The notes beneath the pieces were generated by a model. That model searched no databases, had not been told where the DNA came from, and worked only from the letters and a program-made list of their open reading frames with translations. Source: an uncultured bacterium (GTDB lineage Bacteria > Patescibacteriota > Patescibacteriia > CAIQCM01). From it: 64,000 bases of DNA. The DNA lies in the NCBI GenBank assembly GCA_963708045.1, contig OY970181.1, positions 131,740 to 195,739 on the forward strand. Reading direction: 5' to 3'. Positions 27,958 through 37,075 of the stretch are shown here, piece after piece. Numbering within the stretch: position 1 is the stretch's first letter; every line of letters starts with the position of its first letter. The position numbers were made by a program, and so were the translations under genes.

Positions 27958-28434
27958 ATGCCCACAATTGCAATTATGCGTCATGGGGTGGCTTTAGACC
28001 TCCCCTACCGCGGCCTAACTTCTGGAAGCTGCCGACAAACAATCGCGCTTACGGAAGCGATTGCAGAAATTTTTAACCAAGAGCCGCTCATTATTTGCGC
28101 TGAGGAACGCGAGGCAAAAGAAACTGCCAACCTCGTCGCCGTAATGTTTAAGACGACCTTTGTCGTCAACCGCGCTCTTTCAGAAAATGGCCGCCCCGAG
28201 GAAATGGACGAACTTATCTGTTCATTACTTAAGAAGACGCGGCTGGTTATTATCGTCACGCACCGAAAACGGACAACCCCGTTTTTAAAATCGCTGATGA
28301 AAATATCCGGGAAACCATTGCACAAGAAGCCGACCTTTGTGCCAAAGCTCTTTGAAATTGTTCCTAGGATCATCTTGGTTAATACCGAGACAATGGAAAC
28401 AAATACCATCCGCGCCAAAAGGCACGGCAAATAA
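27958..28434 (+). CDS. histidine phosphatase family protein (SixA-like)
   Basis: IAIMRHGVA matches the RHG catalytic motif of the phosphoglycerate-mutase/SixA superfamily. 158 aa. Confidence 0.5.
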   Translation: MPTIAIMRHGVALDLPYRGLTSGSCRQTIALTEAIAEIFNQEPLIICAEEREAKETANLVAVMFKTTFVVNRALSENGRPEEMDELICSLLKKTRLVIIVTHRKRTTPFLKSLMKISGKPLHKKPTFVPKLFEIVPRIILVNTETMETNTIRAKRHGK

Positions 28435-28476
28435 ACACTTTGCAGTTTTACAACTTGACCGAGTCAGGAGAACACA

Positions 28477-28941
28477 ATGAAACGTCTAGCATTCATTCCC
28501 CTGCCAAAAATATTGACGCAGCCAAAAGATCTTCTTGATATAGGTGCAGCACTGAGCGGACTTTTCACCAATCAGGAAGACATTCTCTTGCTTCGTCCGC
28601 CGGACGCCGATACATTTAGAGCGGCACAAACAATCCTCGCCGGTATTTCTAGCACGGCCGCGATTCAGCCAGACCAACTTTGCTCTACTTCGGCGCTTCT
28701 AAATCAAACTCCGGACGATTTTGCATCTATCTGGAAGGTAGCGCGGGCGTCAAAAAGAAAATTAGTTGTTGTTCTGGCGTCGCCCGAGTATATCCATAGT
28801 TTTTTCGGCTGGCGCCTTTCGCGAAATCTCCGTCGGAACGGCGCCTTATTGCCCCTACCCCTGCCGATCACTGCTGAACGCGTTCTTGTCTTTACGCGAT
28901 CAACACGACGTTTCTCGTTCCTTGAGAAAAAGACAAGGTGA
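28477..28941 (+). CDS. hypothetical protein
   Basis: 154-aa ORF in a coding-dense stretch. No motif recognised. Confidence 0.4.
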   Translation: MKRLAFIPLPKILTQPKDLLDIGAALSGLFTNQEDILLLRPPDADTFRAAQTILAGISSTAAIQPDQLCSTSALLNQTPDDFASIWKVARASKRKLVVVLASPEYIHSFFGWRLSRNLRRNGALLPLPLPITAERVLVFTRSTRRFSFLEKKTR

Positions 28942-29036
28942 TCAAACCACCAACGCCACACCTAACCAGCCGTCCTGATAACAATCGGGACGGTTTTGCT
29001 TATATACAAAAAAGCCACCTATTAGGGTGACTGTTT

Positions 29037-29111
29037 TGGTGCCGAGGGCGAGAGTCGGACTCGCCACGCCAGCCTCTTCAGGGCTGCGCTCTACCGCTGA
29101 GCTACCTCGGC
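29037..29111 (-). tRNA. tRNA-Phe (GAA), CCA encoded
   Basis: Reverse complement GCCGAGG-TA-GCTCAGCGGTAGAGC-G-CAGCC-CTGAAGA-GGCTG-GCGTG-GCGAG-TCCGACT-CTCGC-CCTCGGC-A-CCA. Confidence 0.85.
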
Positions 29112-29118
29112 AAATTAG

Positions 29119-29586
29119 TTATTGGTTACGATTGCGAGCTAAAATATTACCAAATTGTCGTTTTAAGATCAAGACCATAATAAACCCGCCATTTAGATCA
29201 TTGGCCAGGTCTTTCATTGTGTCGGCGTTAGACGGTTGGCGCAGAATTGACGGAAAAATTATATCAAAAGCAAATTCATAAAACTCCCAAACAATACCAA
29301 CCAAAGCCACGCACCCAATAACGCACAAAATAAAAAAGTACCAAGGAAGCGGCGATAATTTTTTAGTTTTTATCGCGTCAGCAATAAACGTAATAATCGC
29401 AAAGGCAACACACGCGCCACCAATTAGGTGAAGTGGAATGTCTATCCAGTCCCAACCGCTATTCAGGTAAAAACCAGAGTAGGAAAAAATTAAATGCAAA
29501 CACCCAAGCATAAAGCCTGGGAACAAAGCTTTCACAAAAACCGGAAACGCCGGTACTCTGCTAATTTTTTTAGAACTTTTTTGCAT
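29119..29586 (-). CDS. hypothetical integral membrane protein
   Basis: Four predicted hydrophobic helices. 155 aa. Confidence 0.5.
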   Translation of the reverse strand: MQKSSKKISRVPAFPVFVKALFPGFMLGCLHLIFSYSGFYLNSGWDWIDIPLHLIGGACVAFAIITFIADAIKTKKLSPLPWYFFILCVIGCVALVGIVWEFYEFAFDIIFPSILRQPSNADTMKDLANDLNGGFIMVLILKRQFGNILARNRNQ

Positions 29587-29683
29587 TAAATCAATTATAC
29601 CACAGACTATTGATATTTAAACCAAAAAATGATAAGTTTTGGTAGAGACAAAAGCGCCAAGGTTTTACAAATTTCTTCCGCGT

Positions 29684-29755
29684 CGGGCTGTAGCGAAGTG
29701 GTATCGCGCCTGTTTTGGGAACAGGAGGCCGTGGGTTCGACCCCCACCAGCCCGA
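29684..29755 (+). tRNA. tRNA-Pro (UGG)
   Basis: CGGGCTG acceptor, anticodon arm CCTGT-TTTGGGA-ACAGG with G37, T-arm GTGGG-TTCGACC-CCCAC. Flanked by a 10-bp processing stem atttcttccg/cggaagaaat. Confidence 0.85.
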
Positions 29756-29778
29756 TACGGAAGAAATTTTTAATAAAT

Positions 29779-30072
29779 ATGACAAATACAATAATTTCAA
29801 TATTATTTTTCGCCGTCGGAATTGCTGGCGCCGTTTTGCTGATTGGCGCATTTTATTTAGCTCAGGTAAATCGTTGGAAAGCCGACGACTTTGCTTACGA
29901 CGCGGCTAATTTTTTTGGCAGTTTGCTTTTGGTCATTTACGCGACCTGGATAATGTCCTGGCCGTTTCTTATTTTAAATACTGTTTGGATGATTGTTTCG
30001 CTTTTTGATATGATCCGCGACATTAAGCGAGATCATCCAAAAAAGAATTTAGAGCCTGGCAATAAGATTTAA
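29779..30072 (+). CDS. small hypothetical membrane protein
   Basis: Internal Met of ORF 29629-30072 placed after the tRNA. Three hydrophobic helices (IISILFFAVGIAGAVLLIGAFYL...). Confidence 0.4.
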   Translation: MTNTIISILFFAVGIAGAVLLIGAFYLAQVNRWKADDFAYDAANFFGSLLLVIYATWIMSWPFLILNTVWMIVSLFDMIRDIKRDHPKKNLEPGNKI

Positions 30073-30138
30073 AAAAGCGACTAATTTGTCGAAGGTTTCG
30101 CCTCGATGGTCGAGGCGAAACCTCAACAAAAAACACCG

Positions 30139-30609
30139 ATGATTACTTTTCATAATCCAACTGACGGCGAGCAAACTTTCAATCAGATGATTGACGGCAT
30201 TGTTTCGTTCGCGAGCGAAGAGTCTAAAGACGGCTATTCGCTGATGGTTGGGACGGACTCCGAAATGTCCGACGAAACTTCGTTTATCACCGCTGTTGTT
30301 ATTCATCGCCACGGCAAAGGTGGCCGATACTACTGGGCAAAGATGATAAAGCCACGGTTTCCAACGCTCCGCGATCGCATTTGGCAAGAAGCGATTTTTT
30401 CCATTTCCATTGCCAAGTCTATTGTTGAAGAACTCGCCAAGCGGGAAATAGAAAATAATAATGTTCAAATTCACGTTGACATTGGCGAACACGGACCAAC
30501 GAGAATGTTGATTCAAGAAATCACCGGCTATGTCCGCGGCAATGGTTTTGCCGTTTACATTAAACCCGAATCTTGCGCCGCTTCGTCCGTGGCCGATCGC
30601 CTTACTTAG
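30139..30609 (+). CDS. RNase-H-like fold protein of the YkuK/DUF458 type (tentative)
   Basis: LMVGTDSE...FITAVVIHRHGKGGRYYW resembles DUF458. First ATG of the ORF (30106) lies inside a hairpin motif, so start moved to 30139. Confidence 0.4.
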   Translation: MITFHNPTDGEQTFNQMIDGIVSFASEESKDGYSLMVGTDSEMSDETSFITAVVIHRHGKGGRYYWAKMIKPRFPTLRDRIWQEAIFSISIAKSIVEELAKREIENNNVQIHVDIGEHGPTRMLIQEITGYVRGNGFAVYIKPESCAASSVADRLT

Positions 30610-30636
30610 GGTTTAGGGGTTAGGGTCTAGGGTTTA
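30606..30636. repeat. telomere-like G-rich microsatellite (TTAGGG/TTTAGGG variants, about 4.5 units)
   Basis: ttagggtttaggggttagggtctagggtttag, overlapping the stop codon of 30139-30609. Confidence 0.6.
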
Positions 30637-30739
30637 GTGACGCCGATCCCAAAACCTCTTCTGGTCTTGGCAAAAAGAAATATAAATAGTAATATCTCTT
30701 CTTAGTTATTTGAATATTAAACAAGTTCGTATCTAGCGA

Positions 30740-30811
30740 GCGGGTATAGTATAGCGGCTATTACACGAGTTTTCCAAACTCGTTATGAGAGTTCGACTCT
30801 CTCTACCCGCT
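30740..30811 (+). tRNA. tRNA-Gly (UCC)
   Basis: GCGGGTA acceptor, anticodon arm CGAGT-TTTCCAA-ACTCG, T-arm GAGAG-TTCGACT-CTCTC, discriminator U. Confidence 0.8.
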
Positions 30812-30835
30812 CATTGGATATGAGTTTTTAATTAA

Positions 30836-31798
30836 ATGTTGATCCAGGATAAAATCTACGGCGATTTTAAGATAACCGATCCGATTATTGTAGAATTGAT
30901 GGGGACGGCGGCTTTTGAACGACTCAAGGGCGTTTGCCAATTCGGCATTCCAGATAAATATTGCAGCAACAAGGGATATTCCCGCTTTGATCATTCTGTT
31001 GGTGTATATATTTTGTTAAACCGATATGGTGCATCCGAGGAAGAACAAGTTGCCGGCCTCTTGCACGATATCTCACATACTGCTTTTTCACATTTAATTG
31101 ATTGGGTTGTTGAAGGGGGCAATAAACAAAAAGAAGATTTCCAAGACAAGGCGCATTTATCTGTTTTAAAACAACCTGAAATATCTAGTATTTTAAAACG
31201 CTGCGGTTATACGGCCGAAGGCATCGCTAATCATCACCGTTTTAAACTTCTTGAAAGCGAGATACCCAACCTTTGCGCCGATAGAATTGACTATACCCTG
31301 CGTCAATTTACCCGCACGATGGTTGAAGCGTGTTTGCCAAAAATTATTATTTTTCAAAAGGAATTTATTTTTTCTGACGAACAAAGTGCCTTGATTTTCG
31401 CCGACAATTACCTAAGACTGCAGGTTACGGAATGGGCTGGTTACGAAGCGTGCACCAGGATCATATTACTTTCGGGAATATTAAAAAAAGCCATAAAAAG
31501 CGAGGATCTGTCAATCAATGACTTCTGGCAAACGGATGATTTTATCATTAACAAAATAATTAGAACCAATAAGAAAGAGTACTTAGATATTTTAAAATTA
31601 TTAGAAAAAAAAGACTTGCGTTACTTACCTAAAGGAACAGAAACCGTGGTGCAAAAATTTCGTCACGTTGACCCAAAAATTTTGATTGACGACAAAACAC
31701 TTCGCCTAAGTGAGCTGAACAACGATTTTAAGATGCGTCTAGAAAAAGCAAAAGGAGACAACTCGCTAGGTGTGCTGCCCGGAGTTTATAATATATAA
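30836..31798 (+). CDS. HD-domain phosphohydrolase
   Basis: H...HD motif (FDHSVGV...LLHDISHTAFSH...DRIDYTLRQ). Confidence 0.65.
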   Translation: MLIQDKIYGDFKITDPIIVELMGTAAFERLKGVCQFGIPDKYCSNKGYSRFDHSVGVYILLNRYGASEEEQVAGLLHDISHTAFSHLIDWVVEGGNKQKEDFQDKAHLSVLKQPEISSILKRCGYTAEGIANHHRFKLLESEIPNLCADRIDYTLRQFTRTMVEACLPKIIIFQKEFIFSDEQSALIFADNYLRLQVTEWAGYEACTRIILLSGILKKAIKSEDLSINDFWQTDDFIINKIIRTNKKEYLDILKLLEKKDLRYLPKGTETVVQKFRHVDPKILIDDKTLRLSELNNDFKMRLEKAKGDNSLGVLPGVYNI

Positions 31799-31853
31799 AT
31801 TCTATTTAAATCAATAAAGTATCTTCCCCCGATGGTCATCGGGGGCGTGATTT

Positions 31854-32696
31854 TTAAAACATCTTCCTATAAAACTTCGCCGCGTCTTCTGGTGCGACGG
31901 GGTTAATGTTAAAACCCATTCCAATTTCAATCGGTCCCAAATGCGCGCCGCGCGGCGTAACTTTTATATAAAAATGCTGATCCTTGTCCATAACTCGCTC
32001 GTGCATATAAAAATTATATGGCACGTCAAGTTTTTTTATGCCGAGTAAAATTCCTTTTAGAGCGATAGCTATTGATTTGCGCTCGTTTAAAGTTAGATTG
32101 GAAACGTTGTCCAAATGACGGCGCGGATAAATTCGTGCTTCATAAGCGTATTGCGAAGCAAACGGCGCAAAAACAAAAACATTTTTATCGGAATAAATTT
32201 TGCGCGGGCTTTTCTCTTCTTTTATAATAATATCGCAATAAGGACATCGCCCAGTTTTAGCTTCATAGATATGTTCCCAGTGCATCTTATCCTGAAGGTG
32301 CGGCGGAATAAATTCCATTCCAATAACTTGCGAATGTTCGTGAGTTTTTGACGCTCCCGCCTCGGCGCCGTGATTTTTAAAAACCATCACTTGCTTAATG
32401 CGCTTGTCCTTTTTCATTTCTTTTAAGCGTTCGCCGTAAATCCCGATTAGCGTTGATATTTCGCTTACCGAAAGATCGGCAAGCAAGGCATCGTGTTTTG
32501 GCGTATCTATTACAACCTCTTGCCGTCCATAAACTTTTGGATACGACGGCGAAAAAGCCGGATACTTGTTCGGCAGAACGCGTGTCTTAAGTCTGCAAAA
32601 AGGGCACGATATTTTCTTTCCAAATCGTTTTGCGCGCACCGGCGCAATCAGCGCGTATTTATCTTGCAAATAATCTTTCCTAAGTTCGGGGGTCAT
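31854..32696 (-). CDS. galactose-1-phosphate uridylyltransferase-like (GalT / HIT branch) nucleotidyltransferase
   Basis: CPFC zinc-site motif near N-terminus and HxHxQ-type active-site block (KTHEHSQV). 280 aa. Confidence 0.55.
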   Translation of the reverse strand: MTPELRKDYLQDKYALIAPVRAKRFGKKISCPFCRLKTRVLPNKYPAFSPSYPKVYGRQEVVIDTPKHDALLADLSVSEISTLIGIYGERLKEMKKDKRIKQVMVFKNHGAEAGASKTHEHSQVIGMEFIPPHLQDKMHWEHIYEAKTGRCPYCDIIIKEEKSPRKIYSDKNVFVFAPFASQYAYEARIYPRRHLDNVSNLTLNERKSIAIALKGILLGIKKLDVPYNFYMHERVMDKDQHFYIKVTPRGAHLGPIEIGMGFNINPVAPEDAAKFYRKMF

Positions 32697-32762
32697 ATAT
32701 TTATAGTATACTCTATTCCCAACAACTCATCTTGTCTGTTTATTTATAAGCAGACAAGATTA

Positions 32763-33539
32763 CTACCCTGCTCGCAGCGGCTTTCCCAACTTCCAAAGCG
32801 TTTCAAAAAACTGCGCATAACTTTCCGCGATTATTTTACTAGAAATCGTTACGCGCGAAACCGGTTCGCCAAAAATGTTAAAGCCGACTGAATTTGGCCA
32901 AACATTGGTGTTAACGAGACCAGTAAACAAACCTGGCAGTAAACGAAATTCAAACGCTTGACGAAGACCGTGCGTTTTTTTAAGCGTTTCGCTTTGACCC
33001 TCGCTACCGATATAACGAACGCCGATCTTTTTCTTTTGACGCAACCGGTCGTATTCCCCTATGCGCATTCCCATTGTTTCAATAAATTTATCGCCCGAGC
33101 CACCAATCACTAGTAAGGTTGTGCCGGGTGCCGCGCGATCTAGCAAATCAAATTCGTGAGCCACATACGAATCAACACCTTGGAATACTTCAAACTGCTG
33201 TTCCTGCGGGAGCACGATCATGGATCTTAACTTTTCGGCAACCTCGTCCGCTAACCGTTTTTGCTGTTCTATGAGACGAGAAAGGACACTTGGGTTTTTG
33301 GCGCTAAATTTTTTCCGCCCGTTTCTTATGACATGCTGAGCCAACCCTTTTTCTTCTAACTTTTCTAACGCCCGATATACGTACTGCCCGTGCAAAGCCG
33401 TTTTTACGATAATTTTTGAACTTCCCACTTCGCCCAATTCAAGCATTGCCACATATACCATTGCCTCGTTTGGAGTTAAACCCAGACGTTCTAAGTCAGC
33501 TATCACTTTAGCGTTATCAAGATTTTTTGATGAATTCAT
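32763..33539 (-). CDS. TrmB-family transcriptional regulator
   Basis: N-terminal LGLTPNEAMVYVAMLELGEVGSSKI winged-helix is typical of TrmB. C-terminal sugar-binding-like domain. Confidence 0.5.
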   Translation of the reverse strand: MNSSKNLDNAKVIADLERLGLTPNEAMVYVAMLELGEVGSSKIIVKTALHGQYVYRALEKLEEKGLAQHVIRNGRKKFSAKNPSVLSRLIEQQKRLADEVAEKLRSMIVLPQEQQFEVFQGVDSYVAHEFDLLDRAAPGTTLLVIGGSGDKFIETMGMRIGEYDRLRQKKKIGVRYIGSEGQSETLKKTHGLRQAFEFRLLPGLFTGLVNTNVWPNSVGFNIFGEPVSRVTISSKIIAESYAQFFETLWKLGKPLRAG

Positions 33540-33732
33540 AATTTTCCCAATGTTTATATGTATATAATATCATACTTTTTATCATCATACAATCTTGACA
33601 AAAGTGCATAAGTCTGATAAAGTACTATCAGAAAACGATGAGCAAGGGTTTGGAGAGAGACCTAAGCTCAATGAAACAAGGAAGTCTGGCGACTCTCTCT
33701 ATGTGAAGGAGTCGCTCTTTTAAAAACAATTT

Positions 33733-34284
33733 TTGAGAGGGATGAACATGACCACCGTTAGTGAATTATTCATACAAATGATTGCGGCTCAATGCAAGAG
33801 AACTGAAACGATATTTAAGATGGTCGTTGACTACACCAAACCTTTTAGTAATTGCCACTACCTTACAGAGTTTGGCGGCTATGATTGCGTTGATATGGAA
33901 AGATTCTGGCTTGCCAGTACTGGTAAATCAGAAAGGGTTGAGATCGAGATGCAGTATGTAACCATTCTGCGCACCGTCACCACAGAGGAGGTGCTTAACG
34001 AGATGGAAAAGTGCGGCCTTCGCCCGGCAAACTTTAGAGAGTTGATGACTTTTGATGAAGTCAATCCATATGCTGTATCACACCCAGAATACGATCCAAT
34101 TGTCGCTCTTGGCGTGTCACAAGATGACGTAAAAAACGACAACTACACCTGTATTTGCAGGGATGAGGATGGTTGTCACCATATCAAATCGTATTACAGA
34201 GGATTCGGCCGACGGCGTAATGAATGGAACGGTAAATATGTTAGGTTCCTTGCCGTCCGAAAGGAAAGCGAAAAAGCTGTCTAG
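33733..34284 (+). CDS. hypothetical protein
   Basis: 183-aa ORF. GAGAGGG SD. Start may be the third ATG (33748). GGAGGTCTGA...TCAGACCTCC hairpin downstream. Confidence 0.45.
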   Translation: MRGMNMTTVSELFIQMIAAQCKRTETIFKMVVDYTKPFSNCHYLTEFGGYDCVDMERFWLASTGKSERVEIEMQYVTILRTVTTEEVLNEMEKCGLRPANFRELMTFDEVNPYAVSHPEYDPIVALGVSQDDVKNDNYTCICRDEDGCHHIKSYYRGFGRRRNEWNGKYVRFLAVRKESEKAV

Positions 34285-34544
34285 ATCGCGACAACGAGTA
34301 GTGACGTTCGTACATCATAAATCGGAGGTCTGACCGCACATCAGACCTCCCCCAACTTGAGACGATCATAATTACAATCTTTTCTCAATCGTAAAAAGAT
34401 TGTAACGGTTGGTCGGATGAAGAAGGGGAAAAAATTACTTCCAACCCCAACTAAATTTCGCTCGGCAGAAACCTACCTTCTATTGGTTTGTGAGAGGAGA
34501 AAAACACTTCAATATCGCACAGTAATATATTTTAAAATGATTAA

Positions 34545-34775
34545 CAACTTGCCCTCCCCTTAGGGTAAGGGGAGGTAGGAGGGGTTACGAACGCCGCATC
34601 AATGTTTGTGCGGTATAAAATATAGTTTTCAAAACTCCATTGGTATTTTTAAAACATCATCGTCATAGACATATTCAGAACTCTCCCTACCCTCCCTTTT
34701 ACCAAAGGGAGGGCTAAGATGCTTTGATGCTAAATGAAACTTTATCTAAAATACGAGGCCAGGAGATTTCTCATC
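34545..34775. repeat. Family-C composite hairpin repeat element
   Basis: Shares ggtaaggggaggtaggaggggttacgaacgccgcatcaat... and ctctccctaccctcccttttaccaaagggaggg blocks with 52370-52935 (opposite orientation) and 61478-61760. Confidence 0.55.
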
Positions 34776-35267
34776 CTACCCTCTCCCATTTTTGGGCGAG
34801 GGTGTTAAGACGGCCGCTGCATATGCGATCGCGAGGGCGTCGGCGGCGTCGTCGGGCTTGGGTATCTTGTCCAATTTAAAAATAATTTTTACCATCTGCT
34901 GCATTTGTTTTTTGTCGGCACTGCCGTAGCCGGTTAAGGATTGTTTCACTTGTCCCGGACCGACCTCAACAACTTTAGCGCCGGACTCGGAACACAAAAG
35001 TAAAATAACCCCGCGTGCCTCCCCGACCGCGGTCGCGGTTTTTACATTTTTTTGGAAAAAAAGTTTTTCCACACCAATAACTTCAGGTTTGTATTCACGG
35101 ATGATCTTGCCCAGGTCGGTTTTAATCATCTGCAAGCGCAAACCATGATCGTCAGTTTTGGGTGTTTCAATGCAGCCGTATGCTACGGCTTGTATTTTGC
35201 TGCTAAGTTTTTCGACAACCCCATAGCCAACGCGGCCAATGCCGGGGTCGATGCCGAGAATTACCAT
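34776..35267 (-). CDS. ruvC: crossover junction endodeoxyribonuclease RuvC
   Basis: MVILGIDPGIGRVGYGVV... matches RuvC catalytic N-terminus. 163 aa. Confidence 0.85.
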   Translation of the reverse strand: MVILGIDPGIGRVGYGVVEKLSSKIQAVAYGCIETPKTDDHGLRLQMIKTDLGKIIREYKPEVIGVEKLFFQKNVKTATAVGEARGVILLLCSESGAKVVEVGPGQVKQSLTGYGSADKKQMQQMVKIIFKLDKIPKPDDAADALAIAYAAAVLTPSPKNGRG

Positions 35268-35300
35268 AACTTTTAACTATTAACTGTTAACTTTTAACTT
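35268..35300. repeat. Family-B repeat, left arm of inverted pair flanking the four-helix-bundle gene
   Basis: aacttttaactattaactgttaacttttaactt. Reverse complement of the arm at 35657-35691. Confidence 0.6.
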
Positions 35301-35642
35301 GCCGATTACGGCGTTCAATATTCTTTGGACTTCGTGCAATACTTCAAATGATTTTTCGTATTGATCTTTATTACCATATATCTCAATCGCCAAAAGCATT
35401 TGCGTTTCTAATTCCGCCGAGGATCCATACGCAATATATAGAAACTGAATGTATTCTTTTAAATTATGTCTTTGTTTTCCTTCGGCGATATTTGAAGGAA
35501 TTGAAACAGCCGCTCGTCTCATTTGGGAAGACAATCCGTATGTTTCTTGCTTGGGAAAGCTATCGGTTATCCGATAAATTTCTTTTGCCAAATCCATTGA
35601 TTTAGACCAAAAAGTTAGCTCCCGAAATGACTTTACATACAT
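35280..35642 (-). CDS. four-helix-bundle protein (23S rRNA intervening-sequence protein family)
   Basis: ...LSSQMRRAAVSIPSNIAEG...YIAYGSSAELETQ... is the signature of the TIGR02436 / S23-like four-helix-bundle family. 120 aa. Confidence 0.7.
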   Translation of the reverse strand: MYVKSFRELTFWSKSMDLAKEIYRITDSFPKQETYGLSSQMRRAAVSIPSNIAEGKQRHNLKEYIQFLYIAYGSSAELETQMLLAIEIYGNKDQYEKSFEVLHEVQRILNAVIGKLKVNS

Positions 35643-35656
35643 ACGAAGCCGGCAAC

Positions 35657-35691
35657 AAAAGTTAAAAGTTAAAAGTTAACAGTTAAAAGTT
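35657..35691. repeat. Family-B repeat, right arm of inverted pair
   Basis: aaaagttaaaagttaaaagttaacagttaaaagtt. Confidence 0.6.
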
Positions 35692-35695
35692 CGGC

Positions 35696-36400
35696 TTACT
35701 CCGCATTCGTATAAACTTCGTTCACATCCTCGAGCTCATCAAGCGCTTCCAAAAGCGCGTCGAGATTCCCCTGTTCCGCATCGGGAACGGGGATGCGGTC
35801 TTTGGGGATCCATTGCCAGCCGGCGAATTCTACTTCTTCGGCTATGTTGTTTTTTACTTTTTCTAAATTATCCAAGTGTGTGTAGACCGTATAGCCATCG
35901 TCTTCATAAATAACATCGTCAGCACCAGCGTCAATTGCTTTTAATTCAAACTCATCATTTTGCGCTTTTCCAAATCGCAAAACTCCACGATGCTGAAACA
36001 TCCATTGAACACTGCCGGCGCCGGCGAGCGAGCCGGTGTGAACGGCGAGCGCGTGTTTTGTTTCGGCAACGGCCTTGTTCCTATTTGATGCCAAGCATTC
36101 AATAAGAATGGCGACGCCGCCCGGACCATAGGCTTCATAAAGCAAAGTTTCCAACTGTTCCGCTTCCGCGCCCGCACCAACCGCTTTGGCAATGGCGCGA
36201 TCAATGGCGTCTTTGGTAACCCCGGCTTGTTTGGCCGTATCCATTACTAAACGCAATTTAAAATTCATCGCGGGATCCCCGCCGCCGTTTTTTGCCGCCG
36301 TTGAGATTAGCTTTAACATTTTACTGCCGACAATCGCTTTGGCACGATCGGCCGATCCTTTGGCGCGTTTTACTTTTGCCCAATGGCTATGCTTTGACAT
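35696..36400 (-). CDS. yebC: YebC/PmpR-family DNA-binding regulator
   Basis: MSKHSHWAKVKRAKG...NGGGDPAMNFKLR... is the canonical YebC N-terminus. Start moved to the MSKHSHW Met. Confidence 0.85.
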   Translation of the reverse strand: MSKHSHWAKVKRAKGSADRAKAIVGSKMLKLISTAAKNGGGDPAMNFKLRLVMDTAKQAGVTKDAIDRAIAKAVGAGAEAEQLETLLYEAYGPGGVAILIECLASNRNKAVAETKHALAVHTGSLAGAGSVQWMFQHRGVLRFGKAQNDEFELKAIDAGADDVIYEDDGYTVYTHLDNLEKVKNNIAEEVEFAGWQWIPKDRIPVPDAEQGNLDALLEALDELEDVNEVYTNAE

Positions 36401-36474
36401 ATTGACTTTCAAACATATATAGAGTATTATTGTCTTATCACGATGAGGGGGCACACCTAAGGCTCGTCCGAAGG

Positions 36475-36993
36475 TTACTCCCCCTCTTTTTGATTTCTGG
36501 CCAACTTGTTGGCCAGATTATTTATATATACAAAATAAGTCCTAAATTTCCTGAGCAATGCTGAATACTTATTAGGATTAGGAATTATTATGTGAAGCAG
36601 TTTTTTACAATCTTCTAAATATTCAATCAAGCAATGGAAGTCTCCGTCACCAGAAATAATAATTGACTTATCATAATTTTCATACTCAATCATTGCGTGT
36701 AATACCAGTTCAGCATCAACATTTCCCTTTATAAAAACCTTACCGTCTTTTTTGTATTCCAGGGTTGGTTTAAAAACAACTATATAACCGGCCTTCTGAA
36801 GCAAAGTATAAAGCGATTCGTTTCCACGAACATAACCAATAAAAACAAAGGCTTTGTCTATTTTGTATTTATCTTTTAAGTAAACGAAAAATCTTTGGAA
36901 ATCCAACGTCCAGCCGCAACCCTTTATACCAAGGTTAAGGTTCTGACTATCAATAAAGGCGTAGATTTTTTGTTTAGGCATTATTTGATCCAT
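36475..36993 (-). CDS. NYN-domain (LabA-like) protein
   Basis: AFIDSQNL...GNVDAELVLHAM...IISGDGDF matches the PIN-like NYN domain. Confidence 0.55.
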   Translation of the reverse strand: MDQIMPKQKIYAFIDSQNLNLGIKGCGWTLDFQRFFVYLKDKYKIDKAFVFIGYVRGNESLYTLLQKAGYIVVFKPTLEYKKDGKVFIKGNVDAELVLHAMIEYENYDKSIIISGDGDFHCLIEYLEDCKKLLHIIIPNPNKYSALLRKFRTYFVYINNLANKLARNQKEGE

Positions 36994-37075
36994 ACCTGCA
37001 TCTTCCCAAAAAACACTATTTTAATCAAACGCAAATCCCCGCCATATGGCGGGGAGGGTTGTGTCACTAAAAATG

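Noticed and set aside
29591-29851. ORF 29591-29851 (-) and the 5' part of 29629-30072 (+).
   Set aside because: They overlap tRNA-Pro (29684-29755). Only the downstream Met-initiated membrane-protein portion (29779-30072) was kept.
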